Shown here: in pieces, positions 29,771 through 38,913 of the stretch
Position numbering within the stretch: the stretch's first letter is position 1
Layout of the letters: each line of letters starts with the position of its first letter
From: an uncultured Bacilli bacterium
Lineage (GTDB): Bacteria; Bacillota_I; Bacilli_A; RF39; UBA660
Assembly (NCBI GenBank): GCA_944364015.1
Contig: CALVVX010000001.1
Location: 6,357-70,356 of the forward strand
Direction of reading: 5' to 3'
Length of the DNA stretch: 64,000 nucleotides
Translations under genes and position numbers: made by a program
Notes under the pieces: generated by a model
The model's input: the letters and a program-made list of their open reading frames with translations, nothing else
Databases searched by the model: none
What the model was told of the DNA's origin: nothing

Positions 29771-30429
29771 ATTACATATTAATGGCTTTAGAAGTTTTAA
29801 TTTCATTTATATTTATATATATTTTTTATAAAAAATATAAACAAGATGGATTATATATAATTAGTGTAATTATATTTATATTATCAATATTATTATCTAT
29901 AAAAAATATTGAAATAATGAACTTTGAAATACCACTTGCTATTATATTGCCTACTCTTATATTAACAATAAGTAATATATTAGTCCAAAAGCAAGGATTA
30001 GAAGCTATAAAAAAATTAATATATATATTAAGTATAGTATCAGTATCAATAGTAACAATAGTATTACTTACTAGTTTAATAATACCAAGTGATTATTTAT
30101 ATAATTATAATATTTCTTATTATGAAATAATTAAAGATAATTTAAGAACAATAATAATTACTGCAATTAGTCCTCTTATAATTATATGGATAAATTCTTT
30201 AATGTATTATCAATTAAAAAGAGAAAAAAATAATGTATTTATTAGTAATATTTTTACTTCATTAGTAATTTCATTTATTGATGCAACAATATTTTCATTG
30301 CTAGTATTTACATATGTAATACCACTTAGTGAAATATTTATGATAATTGCTATAATTTATGTTATAAAATTATTAATAAATATATCAGCTACACTTTTAG
30401 TATATAAAACTAAAAATACAATAAAATAG
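29767..30429 (+). CDS. Integral membrane protein (about 6 TM), tandem paralog B
   Basis: GTG start overlapping the upstream stop (GTGA), with the SD AAGGTGA 7 nt upstream. Multi-TM. Confidence 0.35.
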   Translation: MNYILMALEVLISFIFIYIFYKKYKQDGLYIISVIIFILSILLSIKNIEIMNFEIPLAIILPTLILTISNILVQKQGLEAIKKLIYILSIVSVSIVTIVLLTSLIIPSDYLYNYNISYYEIIKDNLRTIIITAISPLIIIWINSLMYYQLKREKNNVFISNIFTSLVISFIDATIFSLLVFTYVIPLSEIFMIIAIIYVIKLLINISATLLVYKTKNTIK

Positions 30430-30441
30430 TAGGAGGAAATT

Positions 30442-31104
30442 ATGAGAACAAGAAAACAAGAATTAATTAGTGATAATTTAAAACCATTTATATGCAAAAT
30501 ATTAAAAGAAGCACGATTAAAATATAACTATTCACTTGAAGATTTAGCTAAAGCACTAAATTATCAAAAAAATAGGCAAACTCTACATAAATATGAAACA
30601 GGTAGTTTAAATATACCATATGATTTATTCTTTGAAATATGCCATATATTTAACATAAATAGCGAGATATTAAAAGAAATACCTAAAACAAAAGAAGAGC
30701 AAGAAATATTTGAAAAAAAGATGATTAGAGAATATGTAAATAGTATGCGTAGTGATAAAAATTTAACCAAAGTAGATGAGAAAATAATAAATACATTTAA
30801 AAATGCTTCATTTGAAGTAACTCATCAAAGTAAATTAGCTCTAAAAATATTAGATGATTCAATGGAACCAGCATATTATAAAAACGATAAAGTATATTTT
30901 AAAAAACAAGAAGAATATAAAACTGGAGATGATATAATTATAGCTACAAAAAGCAATGTATTATCAGTAAGAAGATTATATAAATATCCAAAAGGAATAA
31001 TATTACAAGCATTAAATCCTAAATATCCTACAATTAATGTAAATATAATATCTAATGAAATGATATTAGGAAAAGTAACAGCAATATATAGAGAAGTAAA
31101 ATAG
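30442..31104 (+). CDS. XRE-family HTH repressor with a C-terminal S24 (LexA/CI-like) peptidase domain
   Basis: HTH LEDLAKALNYQKNRQTLHKYETG. The C-terminal domain has DSMEP (the catalytic Ser context, cf. GDSMxP) and a downstream Lys in a beta-rich region. SD AGGAGG. Confidence 0.65.
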   Translation: MRTRKQELISDNLKPFICKILKEARLKYNYSLEDLAKALNYQKNRQTLHKYETGSLNIPYDLFFEICHIFNINSEILKEIPKTKEEQEIFEKKMIREYVNSMRSDKNLTKVDEKIINTFKNASFEVTHQSKLALKILDDSMEPAYYKNDKVYFKKQEEYKTGDDIIIATKSNVLSVRRLYKYPKGIILQALNPKYPTINVNIISNEMILGKVTAIYREVK

Positions 31105-31206
31105 ACTTATGTCTATTTTTAATATATATATAAATAATACATATAATTAATTAGCTTTTAGATTTTATCAAGATATGATATAATACCAATACAAAGAGGT
31201 GGTATA

Positions 31207-31926
31207 ATGAAATATACAACGTTATTATTTGATTTAGATGATACCTTAATAGATAATAGTGCTTCTATGCATTATGCTTTTAGAAAAGTATTACAAGTAT
31301 TAAATATATCCTATAGTGAAGAATTATTCAAAAAATGGGAATTATTTGATACTATATATTGGGATATATGGCAAGTAGAAAAAGAAAACTTATCACATGT
31401 AATACCAGAAGATAAAAATACATTTTTAAGATCAAATAGATTTATATTATTTTTTAAAGATTTAAAAATTAATTATCAACAAGCAAAGCAATTAAATGAA
31501 ATTTATTGTCAAAATTTAAGTGTAAATATTATAGAAATAGAAAATGCAAGTAAAATAATTAAAGATTTAAAAAAACATCATAAAATAGTAATAGCTACAA
31601 ATGGTCCACATCAAACAGCAATTGAAAAAGTACAAAAAGCTAAATTAATTAATCATGTTCACGACATAATCAGTTCTGATGAAGCAGGTTTTTCTAAACC
31701 TAGTCAAGAGTTTTTTAAATATTTAGATAGAAAAATCAATAATCATGAAAAAAACAAAACACTAATAATTGGAGATAATCCATTAACAGATATTCTTGGT
31801 GGAATTAATCATGGAATTGATACATGTTGGTTTAATCCGAAAGATAAGAAGATAACTTACGAAATAAAGCCAACGTTTACAATAAAGAAATTAGAACAAA
31901 TAAAAAAATTAGTAAAAATTAAATAA
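31207..31926 (+). CDS. HAD-superfamily hydrolase, subfamily IA (YjjG-like nucleotidase candidate)
   Basis: Motif I LLFDLDDTLID, motif III K and motif IV IGDNPLTDILGG. Confidence 0.7.
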   Translation: MKYTTLLFDLDDTLIDNSASMHYAFRKVLQVLNISYSEELFKKWELFDTIYWDIWQVEKENLSHVIPEDKNTFLRSNRFILFFKDLKINYQQAKQLNEIYCQNLSVNIIEIENASKIIKDLKKHHKIVIATNGPHQTAIEKVQKAKLINHVHDIISSDEAGFSKPSQEFFKYLDRKINNHEKNKTLIIGDNPLTDILGGINHGIDTCWFNPKDKKITYEIKPTFTIKKLEQIKKLVKIK

Positions 31927-31974
31927 CTTTACATTTATAAATAGCTAATGTATAATATAGCTGGAGGGTTTAAT

Positions 31975-32523
31975 ATGTTAGATAAAAAAGGATTAAAACA
32001 AGAACTAAATAAAAGAATATATGTAGATAATGCTGAAGATAAATTGGGGGAAAACTTTATTTATGTAACTTTAGGAAATACACTAAAAGTATATAATGAT
32101 CAAATGACAACACTAGATTTAAAAAAGGAAAACAAAACAAAAACATTAACAATACCAGAAAGTGGTATAGTAATAGAACCAAATAGATTATATTTAGGAA
32201 GAACAAACGAATATACAAAAACAGAAGGCTATGTACCACTACTTGCGGGATTAGATTCTCTTGCACTATTAGGAATAGAAATACATATAACTGCAGGATT
32301 TGGAGACAATGGTTTTGAAGGAACATGGACTTTAGAAATAACATCAACGCAGCCAGTTATTTTATATCCAAATATGCTAATTGGTAAGATATATTATCAT
32401 CCTTTAATCGGAGATCCATCAATAAAATATCAAGGAAAATATTTAAGGCAAATAGAAGAAACTGCATCTAGAATAGATAGAGAATATACAAAAAAATTAA
32501 CAAAAGGGGGTAAAACATGTTAA
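31975..32523 (+). CDS. dCTP deaminase-like (dUTPase-fold) protein, single domain, with an atypical catalytic motif
   Basis: Aligns by eye to Dcd: GYVPLLAGLDSLALLGIEIHITAGFGDNGFEGTWTLEITS...NMLIGKIYY versus E. coli [35 protein letters not shown]...[18 protein letters not shown] is replaced by GLDSLALLG (Ser111 and Arg115 equivalents lost), while the Glu in TLE is kept. Start set at the ATG with SD GGAGGG; the track start lies in an extended -10 TGTATAAT. Confidence 0.6.
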   Translation: MLDKKGLKQELNKRIYVDNAEDKLGENFIYVTLGNTLKVYNDQMTTLDLKKENKTKTLTIPESGIVIEPNRLYLGRTNEYTKTEGYVPLLAGLDSLALLGIEIHITAGFGDNGFEGTWTLEITSTQPVILYPNMLIGKIYYHPLIGDPSIKYQGKYLRQIEETASRIDREYTKKLTKGGKTC

Positions 32524-33542
32524 CAAATACTGAAATAAAAAAACAATTAGAAACTGGAAATATACAAATAACAAATTTAAAAGATCATTCACTAGATAAA
32601 CCAAATAGTTGTCTAGTTAGTATAGAAGATTATTTATATACATTTGATTATAGAATAATAGATACAAAAGATAAAGATAAATATATGAAAGAAATATCAA
32701 CAGGAGCTGTGGATACGTTAAAAAAAATAAAAATAGATAAAAAAGGTACATTGTTAGAACCTCATAAAGTATATATAACAAAAACAAGTGAGAAAATAAC
32801 TACAAATGGATATGTACCTGTATTAAATGGAAGAACATCTCTATCATTATTAGGAGTCAGTATAGAATTAAATAATGGATTTTGGACACAACATCACAGT
32901 GGGCAATTATTAATTACAATAGTTTGTACAAAACCAACTATTATATATCCTAATATAGAAATAGGAAACTTAACATTTTTTGAAAGTACAAACTTTCAAA
33001 GTAAAACTAACGGCATGTTAAGTGGTAGAGAAATAGAAAGACAAATGAAACTTGGAAATATAATAATAACTCCTAAAGATAATATATTAATTAATCCAAA
33101 TTCTGTTAATTTAAGTTTAAATAATACTTTAGGATATTATACAGAGCCTATAATAGATTTAAAGAAAGAAAATAAAATAGAAACAATAAAATTTGATGAA
33201 AATGGAATAATATTGTCTCCTAATCATACTTATGTTACAAGAACAAACGAGTGGACAGAAACAAAAGAACATATTCCCATGTTAAGCGGTAGAAGTTCTT
33301 TAGGAAGATTAGGATATCATGCACATTGTTCTGGTGGTATGGGCTCTATTGGCTATAAAGGATATTTTCATATGGGATTAAGGGTAACTACACCTATAAA
33401 AATATATCCTAATATGAAATGTGCTCAAATATACTATTTTAAACCTGTTGGAGAAACTATTACTAAATATAATGGTAGTATGCAAAACTTATCTGCTGAA
33501 CAATTAGGTAGTAGTTATCATAAAAAACTAATAAAAAAGTAA
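32517..33542 (+). CDS. Tandem-duplicated dCTP deaminase-like (two dUTPase-fold domains) protein
   Basis: Domain 1 reads MLTNTEI...NGRTSLSLLG...SGQLLITIV. Domain 2 reads MLSGREI...SGRSSLGRLGYHAHCSGGMGSIGYKGYFHMGLRV...NMKCAQIYYF. Domain 2 keeps GRSSLxRLG but lacks the Glu, and domain 1 lacks both. SD AAGGGGG. Confidence 0.6.
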   Translation: MLTNTEIKKQLETGNIQITNLKDHSLDKPNSCLVSIEDYLYTFDYRIIDTKDKDKYMKEISTGAVDTLKKIKIDKKGTLLEPHKVYITKTSEKITTNGYVPVLNGRTSLSLLGVSIELNNGFWTQHHSGQLLITIVCTKPTIIYPNIEIGNLTFFESTNFQSKTNGMLSGREIERQMKLGNIIITPKDNILINPNSVNLSLNNTLGYYTEPIIDLKKENKIETIKFDENGIILSPNHTYVTRTNEWTETKEHIPMLSGRSSLGRLGYHAHCSGGMGSIGYKGYFHMGLRVTTPIKIYPNMKCAQIYYFKPVGETITKYNGSMQNLSAEQLGSSYHKKLIKK

Positions 33543-33545
33543 AAA

Positions 33546-33580
33546 AATCAAGATAAATTAATATTCTTGATTTTTTTATT
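33546..33580. terminator. Bidirectional intrinsic terminator between the dcd-like operon and hup
   Basis: Stem AATCAAGA/TCTTGATT with an 11-nt loop, an A-tract upstream and a T7 tract downstream. Confidence 0.55.
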
Positions 33581-33593
33581 TATATTATATTTT

Positions 33594-33866
33594 TTAATTT
33601 AAAGCATCTTTTAATTTATTTCCAGCTTTAAATCCTGGAACAACACGTGCTGCTATATGAACAGGCTCACCAGTTTGAGGATTACGTCCCTCACGAGCTT
33701 CTCTTTCTTTAGCAGTAAATGTTCCAAATCCTACTAAAGCAACCTTTCCAGTCTTTTTAAGACCACTTGTAATACCTTGTAAAGTAGCTTCTAAAGCTCT
33801 ATTAGCTTCTGCTTTAGTTAAATCAGCTTGCTCTACAATAAAATCTACTAATTCAGCTTTTGTCAT
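33594..33866 (-). CDS. hup: DNA-binding protein HU
   Basis: MTKAELVDFIVEQADLTKAEANRALEATLQGITSGLKKTGKVALVGFGTFTAKEREAREGRNPQTGEPVHIAARVVPGFKAGNKLKDAL. Start moved to the internal ATG (90 aa). Locally higher GC and biased codons, typical of a highly expressed gene. Confidence 0.9.
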   Translation of the reverse strand: MTKAELVDFIVEQADLTKAEANRALEATLQGITSGLKKTGKVALVGFGTFTAKEREAREGRNPQTGEPVHIAARVVPGFKAGNKLKDALN

Positions 33867-34003
33867 ATTCTTACCTCCATCTTTCAAGTAAGCTTTTCTA
33901 TGCTTACAACAATAAGATATCACGAAACGGTATTAAATGCAAGTAATTTTACATAAAAAATACAATAAAAATAAAATATTGTAAAAAAAAAGAACAAAAA
34001 GTT

Positions 34004-35473
34004 CTACAAAACAATAGCAATCATATTAGAAGACCCTTTATTAATTACTTTAGTAAGCGTCTGACCTAATTTATGTCTAATATTATCAGGCATCATTGAT
34101 AATTTTGCTTGTATACCTTCTTGAACTATTTCATCTAAACTACGCCCAAATATTTCACTTTTCCATATATTATTAGATTGAGTGTCTTTAGTTAAATAAT
34201 TAATAAGTTCCTTACTTTGTAATTCAGAACCAATAATAGGTTCAAAAGTACTTTCAACATCTACTTTAATCATATGAATTGAAGGAGCTTTAGCCTTTAA
34301 TTTAATACCATATCTACTACCCTGTTTAATTATTTCAGGTGTTTCTAATTTCATATCCTCAATTGTTGGTGCGGCAATTCCATAACCAGTTTGTTTAACC
34401 ATTTTTAAAGCAGATTTAATTTGACTATATTCTTGTTTAGTTTCCTTAAATTCTTGGAAAATAGACAGTAAATTAGCACGAGAAGTAATATCAGTACCTA
34501 CTATATCATTTAAAACTTGATTATAAAGTCCCATTGGAGCTTCTAAATTAATAGTAACTTCTCCAGAGGAAGTATCAACATCAGAAATATAGGCTTTTGA
34601 AATAAATTCACAGTCATTAAAATGATTAGTAATAGTATCTATATCTTTTAATTTATTAACACTAACTACACTTTCTCTTATTTTCTCAATATATACTTTC
34701 TTTAATTCATGATCTGGATTTAGTATAGCAATCCACTCTGGCATGTTAATTTTAACTTCTTCTACAGGAAATTCGTATAAAGCGCTTTTTAATATATTAT
34801 ACATATCTTTCTCTTGCATACTCTCAACATTAACTGCTAAAACAGGAACTTGGTATTTTTCTTTTAGAGAATTTGCTAAATTTTCAGTTTCTGGTAACAT
34901 AGGATGAGCAGAATTTAATAAAACAATAAAAGGTTTTCCTATACTTTTTAACTCTTCAACAACATTCTCCTCAGCAGTTACATATTCACTTCTTGGTATT
35001 TCTCCAATAGATCCATCAGTAGTAACAACAATACCAATAGTAGAATGATCTTTAATAACTTTCTCTGTTCCTATTTCAGCAGCTTCAACAAAAGGAATTG
35101 CCTCAGAATACCATGGTGTCATAACATATCTAGGGCCATTCTCATCTTCATATCCTTTTGCTGCATCAATAACATAGCCAACACAATCAATCATCCTAAT
35201 ATTACAGCTAAAATCATCAATTCTAACTTTAGTAGCACTAGCGGGTACAAATTTTGGTTCAGTAGTCATAATAGTCTTACCACCAGCAGATTGAGGTAGT
35301 TCATCTAAAGCTCTTTTTTTCTCTGCAATATCTTCAATATTAGGAATAACTAAAGTTTCCATAAACCTCTTAATAAAAGTAGATTTACCAGTTCTAACTG
35401 CTCCAACTACTCCTAAATAAATATCACCACCAGTTCTTTTAGCAATATTTTTTATAACATCATAATTATTCAT
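34004..35473 (-). CDS. spoIVA: Stage IV sporulation protein A (spore coat morphogenetic ATPase)
   Basis: N-terminus GGDIYLGVVGAVRTGKSTFIKRFME...ELPQSAGGKTIMTTEPKFVP matches SpoIVA. Adjacent to hup as in Bacillus. Confidence 0.8.
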   Translation of the reverse strand: MNNYDVIKNIAKRTGGDIYLGVVGAVRTGKSTFIKRFMETLVIPNIEDIAEKKRALDELPQSAGGKTIMTTEPKFVPASATKVRIDDFSCNIRMIDCVGYVIDAAKGYEDENGPRYVMTPWYSEAIPFVEAAEIGTEKVIKDHSTIGIVVTTDGSIGEIPRSEYVTAEENVVEELKSIGKPFIVLLNSAHPMLPETENLANSLKEKYQVPVLAVNVESMQEKDMYNILKSALYEFPVEEVKINMPEWIAILNPDHELKKVYIEKIRESVVSVNKLKDIDTITNHFNDCEFISKAYISDVDTSSGEVTINLEAPMGLYNQVLNDIVGTDITSRANLLSIFQEFKETKQEYSQIKSALKMVKQTGYGIAAPTIEDMKLETPEIIKQGSRYGIKLKAKAPSIHMIKVDVESTFEPIIGSELQSKELINYLTKDTQSNNIWKSEIFGRSLDEIVQEGIQAKLSMMPDNIRHKLGQTLTKVINKGSSNMIAIVL

Positions 35474-35539
35474 ATATCCCCTCTCTTTTCTGTTTCATTA
35501 AATACTATGAAAAAATAAGACAAAATATGAAAAAAAGTA

Positions 35540-36169
35540 CTAAATACTTTTCTTTCTTTTAATAATTTCTTTAATAAAATAATTATAAATTCCCTGCATA
35601 TCATCCATATCTTCTAAATGCCATTGAAAAGATAAAATAAAATGATTATCATCTATATACTCAATAGCCTCAATAACATTATCATCACTAACAGCACTAA
35701 CCTTAAAAGGAGCACATACCTTATCTACTTTGTATAAATGTCTAGAGTTAACATAATATTTATCAGATAAAAATTTAGATAAAAAACTATCTTTTTTAAT
35801 ATTAACTAAATGCTTTTTATTTAATAAATAATGATTATTAACTTTAACCAAATCATTTTCACATTTTGCACCACTATACAAACCAACAACTTGATGTCCT
35901 AAACAAATACCCATAAGAGGAATATTATTATCAACTGCGTATTTTACAATTTTATAATGATAATCATATATATCATTACCACCTTGAATAATAATACCAT
36001 CACATAGTTTTAAAACATCATAATTAAAATTATTATTATCATAACAAAATAGTCCAATATAATTACATAAATTATCTAAATACTTTAAATTATTTTTAGT
36101 AACAACTTTATATTCTTTATCATTAATAATCTCATCACGACCAACAATTCCAATAGTAATATTATCCAT
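35540..36169 (-). CDS. Class I glutamine amidotransferase-like protein (peptidase C26 / gamma-glutamyl hydrolase family)
   Basis: GATase1 nucleophile elbow GICLGHQ and a downstream His. Confidence 0.55.
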   Translation of the reverse strand: MDNITIGIVGRDEIINDKEYKVVTKNNLKYLDNLCNYIGLFCYDNNNFNYDVLKLCDGIIIQGGNDIYDYHYKIVKYAVDNNIPLMGICLGHQVVGLYSGAKCENDLVKVNNHYLLNKKHLVNIKKDSFLSKFLSDKYYVNSRHLYKVDKVCAPFKVSAVSDDNVIEAIEYIDDNHFILSFQWHLEDMDDMQGIYNYFIKEIIKRKKSI

Positions 36170-36410
36170 CTAAATATTTATCTAAATTATTAGGAACTTT
36201 ATTATTTAAAACAGTATCAATAATCTTTTGTTCCTTTTCTTTAGATACTTCCTTTCCTGTCATTTTAGCAATATCTTGAATAACTTCTTTCAAAGTAGCC
36301 TCATCATTCATATTTCCTTGTTGTAACTTATCTGCAAGTGATAAAATAGTAGCTTTATCAACATTGGTTTTCTTCTCTATTTTTTTAAAAAAATTATCAG
36401 AAAAAGACAT
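36162..36410 (-). CDS. Small hydrophilic protein, possibly SpoVIF/YjcC-like sporulation protein
   Basis: 82 aa with the pattern FFKKIEKKTNV...LSLADKLQ. Family assignment is weak. Confidence 0.3.
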   Translation of the reverse strand: MSFSDNFFKKIEKKTNVDKATILSLADKLQQGNMNDEATLKEVIQDIAKMTGKEVSKEKEQKIIDTVLNNKVPNNLDKYLDG

Positions 36411-36459
36411 ATAAAAACCTCCTACAATATATTATATGTAGAAGCTAAATTTATGTTAT

Positions 36460-37770
36460 TTACTCATTTTTATTTTTAAATTGTAAAACAATTGGAGTCC
36501 CCTCAAAATCAAAGTTTTCTCTAATTTTATTTTCCAAATATCTTTCATAAGAAAAATGAATTAAATTTTTACTATTTACACTAAAACTAAACTTAGGAGG
36601 TTTAATACCACATTGATTAACAAAATAAATTTTTAATCTTTTTCCCTTATAAGAAGGAGGTTGATTTAATAAAACAGCATCTCTAATAACATCATTTAAA
36701 ACACTAGTTTTAATCTCTTTTTTAGAATTTTCATAAACTTTATAAATTTCAGGCATCAATGTATGAATTCTTTTTTTAGTCAAAGCAGATAAAAATACAA
36801 TTGGAGCATAAGATAAAAACTTAAATTCCGCTCTTACTAATTTAGTAAAATCATTAATATTTGTCTCATTATTAACAAGATCCCACTTATTAACTACTAA
36901 AACAATAGCTTTTCCTGCTTCTATAGCATAACTAGCAATATGTTTATCATGTTCAATTATTCCTTCTTTAGCATTAATAACTAAAACACATACATCACTA
37001 CGTTCAATAGCTTTCATACTTCTTAAAACACTATATTTTTCAATGTTTTCATAAATACGACCACTCTTTCTAATACCTGCAGTATCTATTGCAACATAAT
37101 CTCTACCATTAAATTTAAAAGGTGTATCAACTGCATCACGAGTAGTACCTGCTACATCAGAAACAATAGCCTTCTCTTCTTTTAATAAAGCATTAACTAA
37201 ACTACTTTTACCAACATTTGGTCTACCTATAATAGAAAATTTAATTATATTATCATCATATTCAACATCATTAATCTCATTAAAATCAGCTGTAATTTCA
37301 TCAAGTAAATTGCCTATACCAATATTATGTTCTCCAGATATACCAATAACAGTATCAAAACCTAATTCATAAAAATTATAAATATTTTCTTCTCTTTTGG
37401 TATTATCAATCTTATTTACTGCAACTATAATTTTTTTATTAGCTTTTCTTAAAATATCACGAATAACAAAATCGTTAGTATTTAATTCTTGCATACCATC
37501 AACAATAAAAACTACTACATCAGCCTCATCAATAGCAATTTGTGCTTGAATTTTTATCTCATCATTAAAAAGATCATTAGTAACATCAATACCACCAGTA
37601 TCTATTAAATGAAATTTATAATTTTTATAAGTAACATCTCCATAAATGCGATCTCTGGTAACTCCAGGAGTATCTTCAATAATAGAAATTCTCTTGCCCA
37701 CTAAACGGTTAAAAATAGTACTTTTACCAACATTTGGTCTTCCCACAAGGGCAACAGTAGGTATATACAT
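36460..37770 (-). CDS. der: Ribosome-associated GTPase Der (EngA), double G-domain
   Basis: Two G-domains (GRPNVGKST and GRPNVGKSS, each with DTAGIR) and a C-terminal KH-like domain. Confidence 0.93.
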   Translation of the reverse strand: MYIPTVALVGRPNVGKSTIFNRLVGKRISIIEDTPGVTRDRIYGDVTYKNYKFHLIDTGGIDVTNDLFNDEIKIQAQIAIDEADVVVFIVDGMQELNTNDFVIRDILRKANKKIIVAVNKIDNTKREENIYNFYELGFDTVIGISGEHNIGIGNLLDEITADFNEINDVEYDDNIIKFSIIGRPNVGKSSLVNALLKEEKAIVSDVAGTTRDAVDTPFKFNGRDYVAIDTAGIRKSGRIYENIEKYSVLRSMKAIERSDVCVLVINAKEGIIEHDKHIASYAIEAGKAIVLVVNKWDLVNNETNINDFTKLVRAEFKFLSYAPIVFLSALTKKRIHTLMPEIYKVYENSKKEIKTSVLNDVIRDAVLLNQPPSYKGKRLKIYFVNQCGIKPPKFSFSVNSKNLIHFSYERYLENKIRENFDFEGTPIVLQFKNKNE

Positions 37771-37808
37771 AATATCCCTCCTTTTTGTGTATTATAACAT
37801 AGTAAAAA

Positions 37809-38291
37809 TTAACTTGCAAGCGATAATTTAATACCATTATTAATGATATTAAATACTCTATTATCCCATATAACATTAGAAGATTCTGATATTTTATACA
37901 TATCACTTAAAGAAGCAAAGTCAGTAAGTTCCAAATAAAAACTATTATCATAAAAATAAATATTACCATTTTTAATATTAGTATTATTTAAAATATAAAA
38001 ATAGTCAACTTCATATAAAAAACTATTATTTAGATGAAAAATAACCCTAGCATCAATTTCATCATCAAATAAAATAACTTCTCTTTTAATTTCTATAATT
38101 ATTCCATAATATAAATCAAGATAAATATTTAAAACAACTTCTCCACTCAATTTAAAAAACTTTAAAAAATTTTTAAAAATATTTTTAATAAATTCTTCAA
38201 CTTCATCTATATTAAAAATATCAATATTATCAAGTTTATCATTTAAAACTTTAATAATATAATTATCATCATCAACTTTATTAATAATCAT
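37809..38291 (-). CDS. Short MecA-family adaptor-like protein
   Basis: The C-terminal block IYFYDNSFYLELTDFASLSDM resembles the MecA C-terminal LYSFENRYYLYVDFCNMTDE. Acidic N-terminus. Confidence 0.35.
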   Translation of the reverse strand: MIINKVDDDNYIIKVLNDKLDNIDIFNIDEVEEFIKNIFKNFLKFFKLSGEVVLNIYLDLYYGIIIEIKREVILFDDEIDARVIFHLNNSFLYEVDYFYILNNTNIKNGNIYFYDNSFYLELTDFASLSDMYKISESSNVIWDNRVFNIINNGIKLSLAS

Positions 38292-38334
38292 AATACCACC
38301 TATTTTAATGTATGAAATATATAAAAAAAAGAAA

Positions 38335-38913
38335 CTAAATCATAGTTTCAATTTTATCTAATACTTCTTCTTTACCAGTTTTTAAAACAGTAGAAAATAA
38401 AATTAAGTCCTCTTCATTAATACCAAAAGTAGATAAAATAATTTTTTTATTCTTATCATAACTATTTTTCTTAACCTTATCAACCTTAGTAGCAATAATA
38501 GTAAGAGGAATATTATAATATTTTAAAAATTCATACATCATTACATCATCACTAGTGGGTTTATGACGGAAATCTACTAACATAAAAACATGTTTTAAAT
38601 TTTCTCTTTCTTCTAAATAATCTTCAATAATCATTCCAAATTTACTTTTTAATTTTTTACTAACTTTAGCATAGCCATAACCAGGTACATCAACTAAATA
38701 AAAATCATTGTTAATTAAATAAAAATTTAGAGTTTGTGTCTTACCAGGAGTAGAAGAAGTTCTAGCAAAATTTTTTCTACCTACAAGAGTATTTATAAAA
38801 CTACTTTTTCCAACATTACTTCTACCAACAAGTAAAAATTCTGGTTTTAAATCAATAGGATATTGACTAATTCTAACAGCTATAACTGGTTGATTAATAC
38901 TATTAATTTTCAC
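38335..38913 (-). CDS. engB: Ribosome biogenesis GTP-binding protein EngB/YsxC
   Basis: VAVRISQYP...LLVGRSNVGKSSFINTLVGRKNFARTSSTPGKTQTLNFY aligns to YsxC from residue 1. The start was moved to a GTG (SD GGTGA 5 nt upstream). The 15-codon hydrophobic extension in the ORF track starts with TTG and is likely spurious. Confidence 0.8.
   Translation of the reverse strand: MKINSINQPVIAVRISQYPIDLKPEFLLVGRSNVGKSSFINTLVGRKNFARTSSTPGKTQTLNFYLINNDFYLVDVPGYGYAKVSKKLKSKFGMIIEDYLEERENLKHVFMLVDFRHKPTSDDVMMYEFLKYYNIPLTIIATKVDKVKKNSYDKNKKIILSTFGINEEDLILFSTVLKTGKEEVLDKIETMI

Noticed and set aside
30442-33542. Prophage or phage remnant around the CI/LexA-like S24 repressor
   Set aside because: No integrase, excisionase, terminase, portal, capsid or tail genes and no attachment-site repeats. 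Flanking genes are metabolic (HAD, dCTP-deaminase-like). Interpreted as a stand-alone regulated module instead.
33594-33923. Longer HU ORF (109 aa) beginning MISYCCKHRKAYLKDGG
   Set aside because: HU is about 90 aa. The extension is not conserved-looking and the internal ATG gives the canonical MTKAELVDFI start.
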